Part shown: one piece after another, positions 37,207 to 43,407 of the stretch | Numbering within the stretch: position 1 is the first letter of the stretch | Layout of the letters: each line of letters opens with the position of its first letter | Source: an uncultured Hyphomicrobiales bacterium | GTDB taxonomy: Bacteria; Pseudomonadota; Alphaproteobacteria; Rhizobiales; Xanthobacteraceae | DNA: 43,407 nt | Direction of reading: 5' to 3' | Assembly (NCBI GenBank): GCA_964521045.1 | Contig: CAZFPR010000002.1 | Coordinates: forward strand, 9,314-52,720 | The notes under the pieces: generated by a model | Seen by the model: the letters and a program-made list of their open reading frames with translations, nothing else | What the model was told of the DNA's origin: nothing | Databases searched by the model: none | Translations under genes and position numbers: made by a program

Positions 37207-38586
37207 GTGCGAAAAGTCGTCATGACGATGATAGCAATTTGCGCGGCCGCCGGTTCGGCGGCTGTTCTCTTGCCTGCGAGCGTCACTGCGCAGCAGCAGG
37301 GCGTGCAGGTCAGCGAATTCAGGCTCGCAAACGGTCTCGAGGTCGTGGTGATCCCCGACCGGCGCACGCCGGTCGTGACTCACATGCTCTGGTATCGCAT
37401 CGGCTCGGCCGACGAGACGCCCGGCAAGTCGGGCCTCGCGCATTTCCTCGAGCATCTGATGTTCAAGGGCACCGAGAAAAATCCGGCCGGCCGCTTCTCG
37501 CAGGTGGTTGCGACCATCGGCGGGCAGGAGAATGCCTTCACCTCGCAGGATTATACCGCCTACTTCCAGCGCGTGACCAAGGACAAGCTCGAGCAGGTGA
37601 TGACCTTCGAGGCCGACCGCATGACCGGCCTTCACCTGACCGACGAAGTCGTGCTGCCCGAGCGCGACGTCGTCCTGGAAGAGCGCCGCATGCGCACGGA
37701 CAACGATCCCGCGGCGCAGTTGTCGGAAGCGCTTTCGGCGGCGCTCTACGTCAATCATCCTTACGGCCGTCCGATCATCGGCTGGATGCACGAAATCCAG
37801 CAGCTCAGCCGCGAGTCGGCGCTCGATTTCTACCGGCGCTTCTACACGCCGAACAACGCCGTGCTCATTCTCGCAGGCGATCTCGACGAGAAGGAAGCGC
37901 GCGTACTGGCCGAGAAGACCTACGGCAAGATTCCGCGCGTTGCGGAAGTCGCGCCGCGCGTCCGCCCCATGGAGCCTGAGCCGCGCGCGCATCGCCGCAT
38001 CACGCTTGCGGATCAGCGCGTCCGGCAGCCTTCGATGTCGCGCTATTATCTCGTGCCTTCTTACCGCACGGCTGCGGGCGGCGAAGCGGAAGCGCTGGAA
38101 GTGCTCGCGCAGATTCTCGGCGGCGGACAGACCAGCCGCCTTTACCGCACGCTTGTCGTGGAGAAGGGCATCGCGGCAAATGCAGGCGCCTGGTATCAGG
38201 GGACCTCGCTGGATGCGACCCGCTTCGGCGTTTACGCTTCTCCGCGTCCCGGCACGTCGCTGGAGTCGCTTGAAGCGGCGCTCGACGAAGTCGTGGCGCA
38301 GATCGCGAAGCATGGTGTCGATGCAGGCGAAGTCGATCGCGTGAAAACGCGGGTCATCGCATCCACGATCTTCTCGCAGGACAATCAGACGACGCTGGCC
38401 CGCATCTATGGTGCCGCGCTGACGACGGGCATGAACGCGGCTTCCGTCAAGGAATGGCCCGAGAAGATCAAGGCGGTGACGCCGGAGCAGGTGCAGGAGG
38501 CCGCGAAGAAATGGCTAGACCTTCGCCGCGCGGTCACCGGCCATCTCGTTCGTCCGCAGGACTCCGCGCCGGAGAAACGCACTTGA
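37207..38586 (+). CDS. M16 (pitrilysin/insulinase) family zinc peptidase, catalytically competent subunit
   Basis: The HxxEH zinc motif is present (GLAHFLEHLMFKGT), with a signal-like N-terminus. The start is GTG 37207 or ATG 37222. Confidence 0.88.
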   Translation: MRKVVMTMIAICAAAGSAAVLLPASVTAQQQGVQVSEFRLANGLEVVVIPDRRTPVVTHMLWYRIGSADETPGKSGLAHFLEHLMFKGTEKNPAGRFSQVVATIGGQENAFTSQDYTAYFQRVTKDKLEQVMTFEADRMTGLHLTDEVVLPERDVVLEERRMRTDNDPAAQLSEALSAALYVNHPYGRPIIGWMHEIQQLSRESALDFYRRFYTPNNAVLILAGDLDEKEARVLAEKTYGKIPRVAEVAPRVRPMEPEPRAHRRITLADQRVRQPSMSRYYLVPSYRTAAGGEAEALEVLAQILGGGQTSRLYRTLVVEKGIAANAGAWYQGTSLDATRFGVYASPRPGTSLESLEAALDEVVAQIAKHGVDAGEVDRVKTRVIASTIFSQDNQTTLARIYGAALTTGMNAASVKEWPEKIKAVTPEQVQEAAKKWLDLRRAVTGHLVRPQDSAPEKRT

Positions 38587-39944
38587 AGCTGGCCCCGTAC
38601 GCGCGCCGTTATTCCGTTTTTCTGAGAGGGATTGCGATGGCTCTCGCCCTGTTTACGGCGTCGAGTGCTGCCGATGCGCAGGTCGGCAAGATCGAGCGGA
38701 TCAAGACGCCCGCGGGCATCGAGTTCTGGTTCGTGCGCGACGACACGCTGCCGATACTTTCGGTGAATTTCGCTTTCAACGGCGGCGCCTCGCAGGATCC
38801 CGCAGATCGTGCCGGGCTCGCCTATATGACCGCGGCCCTGCTCGACGAAGGCGCGGGCGAACTCGACGCCAAGGCGTTTCAGGAGCGGCTGGAAGGCCGG
38901 GCCATCACGCTCAGCTTCAAGGCGGATCGCGACGCATTCCGCGGTTCCGTGCGGGTCTTGAGCGAACATCGCGAGGAAGCCTTCGAGCTGCTTCGTCTCG
39001 CGCTGACAGCGCCGCGTTTCGATCAGGAAGCGATCGATCGCATCCGTGCCAGCATCATCGCCGCGAACAAGCGCTCGCTGAACAATCCCGACGAGGTTGC
39101 TGGACTGCGCTGGTTCGCCTTGGCATTTCCGGGCCACCCCTATGGCCGCCCCGTGAAAGGGGACGAGAATTCCATCGGCGGCATCGAACGCTCGATGCTC
39201 TTTGCCTATGCCAAGAAAAACCTCGCGCGGTCGAACCTGAAGATTGCGGTCGTGGGCTCGGCGGAAAGCGCCGAAATTTCGCGCCTGATCGATCATGTTT
39301 TTGCGAAGCTGCCGGCGAAAGCGGAGCTTGCCGCAATCCCGGAGGCGGCGCCGCAGGCGCTCGGCACCCGCGAGGTCATCGATCTCAACATCCCGCAGAC
39401 TACGATCGCTTTCGGCGGCGTCGGACTGAAGCGCCGGGATCCCGATTTCATGCCGGCGTTCGTGCTGAACCACATTCTCGGAGGCGGCTCCTTCTCGTCC
39501 CGGCTCTACCGCGAGGTGCGCGAAAAGCGCGGTCTTGCGTATTCCGTCTATTCCTATCTCGCGACGCTCGACCGCTCCGGCCTGTTCATGGGCGGCACCT
39601 CGACCCGCAACGACAGGGCCGGCGAGGCCTTGCAGATCATCGAGCAGGAAATCGTCCGCATCGCGAAGGACGGGCCGACGCCGGAGGAACTGACGCAGGC
39701 CAAGAGCTATCTGACCGGCTCCTATCTTCTGCACTTCGACACGTCTGCGAAGGTCGCGGCGCAGCTGCTTGAGATTCAACTGGAAGATCTCGGCGCCGAT
39801 TACATCTCGCGCCGGAACAACATGGTTAACGCCGTGACGGCGAATGACGTTCGTCGCGCCGCGAAGAAGTTTCTCGCCGACAGTAAGCTCCTGGTCATTC
39901 TCGTCGGCAGGCCTGCGCCGTTATCCAAATCGAACGGCGGATGA
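38583..39944 (+). CDS. M16 family peptidase-like protein lacking the HxxEH motif (non-catalytic partner)
   Basis: The equivalent segment reads GLAYMTAALLDEG. TTG 38583 overlaps the upstream stop as TTGA and yields a proper signal peptide (MKLAPYARRYSVFLRGIAMALALFTASSAADA|Q). The alternative start is ATG 38637. The track start 38454 is an overlap extension. Confidence 0.8.
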   Translation: MKLAPYARRYSVFLRGIAMALALFTASSAADAQVGKIERIKTPAGIEFWFVRDDTLPILSVNFAFNGGASQDPADRAGLAYMTAALLDEGAGELDAKAFQERLEGRAITLSFKADRDAFRGSVRVLSEHREEAFELLRLALTAPRFDQEAIDRIRASIIAANKRSLNNPDEVAGLRWFALAFPGHPYGRPVKGDENSIGGIERSMLFAYAKKNLARSNLKIAVVGSAESAEISRLIDHVFAKLPAKAELAAIPEAAPQALGTREVIDLNIPQTTIAFGGVGLKRRDPDFMPAFVLNHILGGGSFSSRLYREVREKRGLAYSVYSYLATLDRSGLFMGGTSTRNDRAGEALQIIEQEIVRIAKDGPTPEELTQAKSYLTGSYLLHFDTSAKVAAQLLEIQLEDLGADYISRRNNMVNAVTANDVRRAAKKFLADSKLLVILVGRPAPLSKSNGG

Positions 39945-40004
39945 TTTCCAGGGTTCGCGAGTGCCCATAGTGCTGATATGATGGGCGGCGGAGGAGTGGT
40001 GAGT

Positions 40005-40808
40005 ATGCGTAAAGTACCCGGGCAAAGCCTGCGTATGCAGGGCTGGGCAGCCGTTGTGCTTGTCGGCCTGCTGGGCGGTTGCAGCACGATCGAGAACGTT
40101 GTCGGTCCCATCGGCAATGTAGGTCTCGGCGACATCTTCAAGCAGGGTCCCGCCACGGACGACCCCAACAATCCGAATCCAAACCAGACCACGCAGGTTA
40201 ACGCCGACGAGGACTGCCCCGGAGCGGTGGTGCGACAGGGCGCAAGTGCCTGGGCGCAGAACGACGGGCAAGGCCCGACCAATGTCCGCTATCAGGCCAG
40301 CGTGATCCAGATCGCGCGCGAGTGCGCGATCCTCGGCAGCACCATGACGATCAAGGTCGGCGTCGAAGGCCGCCTCGTGGTCGGGCCGAAGGGCGGTCCG
40401 GGTACCGTGACCGTGCCGATCCGCATCGCGGTCGTTCAGGAAGGCCCGCAGCCGCGTCCGGTGATCTCCAAGTTCTATGCCGTGCAGGTCAACGTCACCC
40501 AGGGCGCGACACAGGTGCCGTTCACCCATGTCGACGACGACCTGACCTTTCCGCTTCCCGCCGACAAGAATCTCGAGAAGTACGTGATCTATGTAGGCTT
40601 CGATCCGCAGGGCGCTCCGCCGCCGGCGAAGGCAAAGCCCAAGCCGAAACCGAAGCCCAAGCCGAAACCCGCGCCGAAGGCACAGGCTCCGGCACAGCAG
40701 ACCCAGCCGCAGCAGGGATTCCAGCCGCCTACACAACAACAGCAGCAGCCGACGTTCCAGCCGCCGCCGGCCAGCCAGCAGCAGCCGGTCTTCCAGCCGA
40801 AACAGTAA
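40005..40808 (+). CDS. Lipoprotein of unknown function with a (KP)n / Gln-rich C-terminal tail
   Basis: Lipobox LLGG|C. ATG 40005 lies 8 nt after GGAGGAG; the track start is 39978. The tail reads PPPAKAKPKPKPKPKPKPAPKAQAPAQQTQPQQGFQPPTQQQQQPTFQPPPASQQQPVFQPKQ. Confidence 0.75.
   Translation: MRKVPGQSLRMQGWAAVVLVGLLGGCSTIENVVGPIGNVGLGDIFKQGPATDDPNNPNPNQTTQVNADEDCPGAVVRQGASAWAQNDGQGPTNVRYQASVIQIARECAILGSTMTIKVGVEGRLVVGPKGGPGTVTVPIRIAVVQEGPQPRPVISKFYAVQVNVTQGATQVPFTHVDDDLTFPLPADKNLEKYVIYVGFDPQGAPPPAKAKPKPKPKPKPKPAPKAQAPAQQTQPQQGFQPPTQQQQQPTFQPPPASQQQPVFQPKQ
40635..40670 (+). repeat. Direct tandem duplication of an 18-nt unit encoding (KP)6
   Basis: AAGCCCAAGCCGAAACCG | AAGCCCAAGCCGAAACCC (17/18 identical). 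Confidence 0.85.
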
Positions 40809-40829
40809 CGGCGGATTACTTAGGCAATA

Positions 40830-40875
40830 AAAAAAGGCCGCCCTCGGGTCTCCCGGGAGCGGCCGTTTTCTTTTG
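40830..40875. terminator. Bidirectional rho-independent terminator between the convergent lipoprotein gene and the atp operon
   Basis: An A-run, then GGCCGCCCTCGGG-TCT-CCCGGGAGCGGCC, then a T-run (AAAAAAAGGCCGC...GCGGCCGTTTTCTTTT). Confidence 0.8.
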
Positions 40876-40899
40876 TCTTGTTGGGTTTGGGCGGCCGGC

Positions 40900-41391
40900 T
40901 TAGCCGAGCCGCGATTTCACGTCCTTGATCGCGCTCTCGAGCAGCGATTTGCCTTCGGCGCCCTTGGCTGTTTCCGCGACGATGGTCTCGGCTGCCTTCA
41001 CGGCGGCGTCGGCAGCGGCGGCGCGAACTTCGGCCATGGCCTGCTGTTCCGCCTGGGCGATCTTGGATTCCGCCATCTTGGTCCGGCGCGCGACGAACTC
41101 TTCGAGCCGGGTCTTGGCTTCCGCCGCGATCTGCTTCGCTTCCGCGTTGGCCTGCGCGATGATCGCCTGCGCTTCGCCTTCCGCTTCACGCGCCTTCTGC
41201 TTGTATTCGGCAAGAAGCTTTTCCGCTTCTTCCTTGAGGCGCTTGGCTTCCTCGAGTTCGGCTTTGATTTTGACCGCACGTCCGTCGAGCGCACCGAGCA
41301 CGGTGCGGTGGATGCCGAACTTGAGCGCGATCAGAAAGAAAGCGACGAACGAAAGCGCTACCCAGAAGTCCGTCCCGTAAAGAAATTCCAC
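40900..41391 (-). CDS. atpF: F0F1 ATP synthase subunit b
   Basis: GTG start preceded by GAGGAG. One N-terminal TM segment plus a long Ala/Glu/Lys-rich helix. It is the last gene of the F0 operon. Confidence 0.9.
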   Translation of the reverse strand: MEFLYGTDFWVALSFVAFFLIALKFGIHRTVLGALDGRAVKIKAELEEAKRLKEEAEKLLAEYKQKAREAEGEAQAIIAQANAEAKQIAAEAKTRLEEFVARRTKMAESKIAQAEQQAMAEVRAAAADAAVKAAETIVAETAKGAEGKSLLESAIKDVKSRLG

Positions 41392-41401
41392 GAAACTCTC
41401 C

Positions 41402-41932
41402 TCAGTGTAGCGCCGTATCGACGGCGCGTTCGACGGCCTGCTTCGCCGGCGCCTTGCCGGTCAGCCGTTCGACAATCAGACCCGCGGTATCGACGGCGAT
41501 ACCGCGTACGTTCGACATCGCAGCCGACTTCGTCGCTGCGATCTGCTTTTCAGCGGCTTCAAGCTTGTTCTTGAGGCCGTCCTCGAGCTGTTTCCGCTGC
41601 GCGTCGGCGGCAGCTGCCGCCTTGGCCTGGGATTCGGCAGCCAGTGCCTGCGCCTTGGCGCGGGCATCGGCGAGCGCCTTCTCGTAGGCGGCCTGTGCGG
41701 CTTCGCTTTCGTTGCGAAGCCGGTTGGCCGTTTCGAGATCGCCTTCGATCTTGTCGTTGCGCTGTGCAATCACGCCGCTGAGGCGCGGCAGCAGCATGCG
41801 CGACAAGCCGACGTAAAGGACGACGAAGCAGATCGCGAGCCAGAACAGCTGCGAAGCCACCGTCTCGCCCTGGAAGGGCGGAAACGGCGCCTTCTTGCCA
41901 CCCGCTACTTCGGTATGTGCTTTCGTAGCCAT
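41402..41932 (-). CDS. atpF2: F0F1 ATP synthase subunit b'
   Basis: Second b-type subunit (PPFQGETVASQLFWLAICFVVLY..., then a coiled coil), typical of the alphaproteobacterial F0 operon. Confidence 0.88.
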   Translation of the reverse strand: MATKAHTEVAGGKKAPFPPFQGETVASQLFWLAICFVVLYVGLSRMLLPRLSGVIAQRNDKIEGDLETANRLRNESEAAQAAYEKALADARAKAQALAAESQAKAAAAADAQRKQLEDGLKNKLEAAEKQIAATKSAAMSNVRGIAVDTAGLIVERLTGKAPAKQAVERAVDTALH

Positions 41933-41956
41933 TTACGCAGGCCCTGTTCGGTTCGC

Positions 41957-42196
41957 TTAGACGGCGAACAGGAGCAGGAGCGCGATGAGCAGCGAGAAGA
42001 TGCCCAGCGCTTCGGTCACGGCGAAGCCGAAAATCAGGTTGCCGAACTGGCCCTGCGCGGCGGCCGGATTGCGGAGCGCCGACGACAGGTAGTTGCCGAA
42101 GATGAAGGCCACGCCGATCGCGGCGCCGCCCATGCCGATCGCCGCGATGCCGGCGCCGATCATACGGCCGAGTTCTTTTGCTGCTACTGGATCCAT
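41957..42196 (-). CDS. atpE: F0F1 ATP synthase subunit c
   Basis: 79-aa hairpin proteolipid with a GxGxGxG helix and the essential Glu in [16 protein letters not shown] Shine-Dalgarno. Confidence 0.95.
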   Translation of the reverse strand: MDPVAAKELGRMIGAGIAAIGMGGAAIGVAFIFGNYLSSALRNPAAAQGQFGNLIFGFAVTEALGIFSLLIALLLLFAV

Positions 42197-42239
42197 AGTG
42201 AAACTCCTCTGGAAGCTTTCTGGTTGAACTAGACGGCCG

Positions 42240-42995
42240 TTAGTGGCCGGGGTGAATTGCGTCGTTGAGATAGAGACAGGTCAGAATGGTGAAGACGTAG
42301 GCCTGGAGGAACGCGACCAGGAATTCGAGCGCGGTCAGCGCAATCAGCATGCCGAAGGGCAGGATGCCCATGAGCCAGCCGGCGACACCCAGCGAGGTAG
42401 CGAGCAGACCGATGAAGCTCGCAAACACTTTCAGCGTGATGTGGCCCGCGAGCATGTTCGCAAACAGACGAACCGACAGCGAAAGCGGACGCGAAAGGAA
42501 CGAAAGGATTTCAATCAGCGTCATCAGAGGCATGATGAAAAGCGGCACGCCGGAAGGCCAGAACAGTTTGAAGAACTTCAGGCCGTTCTTGTAGATGCCG
42601 TAGATGATCACGACGAGGATCACGAGTACCGCGAGCGCGCCGGTCACCGCGATATGGCTCGTGACCGTGAAGAAGCCCGGGATCATGCCGAGCAGGTTCA
42701 GCACCAGCACGAACGTGAAGAGCGAGAACACCAGCGGGAAGAAGCGCATGCCGTCGTTGCCGGCAGTACTTCGCACCGTGTTCGCCACGAATTCGTAGGT
42801 CAGCTCCGCGACCGATTGCAGCCTGCCGGGAACGAGACGGCGGCTCGTGGTCGCGAGATAGGTCAGGCCGAGAATGAGCGAGACCGCGGCGATCATGAAG
42901 ACCGCGGAATTGGTGAGCGCGATCTCGTGACCGCCAATGTGGCCCAGCGTCACGATCTTCTTGATCTGGAATTGTGCAATCGGATCAGCAGCCAT
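42240..42995 (-). CDS. atpB: F0F1 ATP synthase subunit a
   Basis: [15 protein letters not shown] (essential Arg). ATG 42995 gives [11 protein letters not shown]...; the track start 43082 is an extension. Confidence 0.93.
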   Translation of the reverse strand: MAADPIAQFQIKKIVTLGHIGGHEIALTNSAVFMIAAVSLILGLTYLATTSRRLVPGRLQSVAELTYEFVANTVRSTAGNDGMRFFPLVFSLFTFVLVLNLLGMIPGFFTVTSHIAVTGALAVLVILVVIIYGIYKNGLKFFKLFWPSGVPLFIMPLMTLIEILSFLSRPLSLSVRLFANMLAGHITLKVFASFIGLLATSLGVAGWLMGILPFGMLIALTALEFLVAFLQAYVFTILTCLYLNDAIHPGH

Positions 42996-43032
42996 CGGTT
43001 CCAGTCTCGTTCGGCGCGCGATGCGCCACTTT

Positions 43033-43374
43033 CTATTTACGTCCGCCGAACTGCGGCACAGCGCCGAGCGTACGGAGCACATTCAAAATACCGGCTGCGA
43101 AGCCGAGGAGAATGAAAACGATCAGCCCCCACGGCGACCATCCGGTGAGCTTGTCGAATGCCCACCCGACGGCAAAGCCTGCAACGACGCCCCCGATGAA
43201 ATCGCCGGAGAGCTTCAGGCCTCGCGTGAACCCTGAACGATCCGCAGCGTCGGGCGTGGGTGCGGAATGCTTCCGCTTTTCCTCCGCCTCTCGCGCGTCG
43301 AGTTTCTCGTCGAGACGTCGCAGCCTCTCGGAGAGTTCGCCGCCGCCGTTTCCTTCCCTCGGGTCGCCGGGCAT
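43033..43374 (-). CDS. atpI: AtpZ/AtpI family protein (ATP synthase protein I)
   Basis: Two C-terminal TM segments ([36 protein letters not shown]). It lies upstream of atpB. ATG 43374 has a GAGG Shine-Dalgarno; the track start 43395 is TTG. Confidence 0.8.
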   Translation of the reverse strand: MPGDPREGNGGGELSERLRRLDEKLDAREAEEKRKHSAPTPDAADRSGFTRGLKLSGDFIGGVVAGFAVGWAFDKLTGWSPWGLIVFILLGFAAGILNVLRTLGAVPQFGGRK

Positions 43375-43407
43375 CGGTAACCTCGCAAAAGACAAGGAAA
43401 ATAGCGG

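Noticed and set aside
36326-39779. Minus-strand ORFs 36326-37147, 37186-38313 and 38406-39779
   Set aside because: They are antisense to the secreted Pro-rich gene and to the two M16 peptidase genes, one of which shows HxxEH in the plus frame.
42243-43115. 290-aa plus-strand ORF over atpB
   Set aside because: It is antisense to ATP synthase subunit a, and its translation is highly charged E/R/D/H-rich.

Overview
High-GC alphaproteobacterial chromosome segment. The order and family (Hyphomicrobiales, Bradyrhizobiaceae/Xanthobacteraceae-like) are inferred from gene order and repeat types. It is mostly core genome with about 45 protein genes. In order these are: a partial fused hydantoinase/5-oxoprolinase; a divergent MarR-like regulator; a TRAP transporter (P, Q, M); an aldo/keto reductase; TauE/SafE; CIRCE-controlled groES-groEL; two unknown secreted paralogues; an HPP / ChbG(YdjC) deacetylase / GT2 operon facing gtrA; hisS-hisZ-hisG; DUF1304; an orphan sigma54-type response regulator; an omega-aminotransferase; a Tat-exported dioxygenase-fold protein with a YedZ-like haem membrane protein; a TipF-like EAL protein; a HAD hydrolase; CheZ-like plus CheY; MaoC dehydratase; an MBOAT with an upstream partner; ribF-ileS-lspA; an M16 peptidase pair; a lipoprotein; and the F0 operon atpI-B-E-F'-F. 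I recognised no rRNA, tRNA, CRISPR array, transposase, integrase or phage gene. Many long ORFs in the supplied track are GC-rich antisense shadows of real genes. Several track starts are upstream extensions or non-ATG codons, and I re-placed them from Shine-Dalgarno sites and stop/start overlaps. The best candidates for something new are: (1) the tandem pair of 389-aa secreted paralogues of no recognisable family in a low-GC3 patch after groESL; (2) the GtrA / GT2 / YdjC-deacetylase / HPP module, a NaxD/Lgm-like aminosugar pathway with no GT-C transferase in view; (3) an MsrPQ-like two-gene unit whose periplasmic partner is a dioxygenase-fold protein; (4) a structured two-flavour REP/BIME-like repeat family (7 copies, one inside the groES-groEL spacer, one with a nested element) plus a second repeat family bracketing hisS in inverted orientation; (5) a sharply delimited foreign-looking codon-usage patch inside ileS. 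All identities and counts are hand estimates, and no database search was possible.
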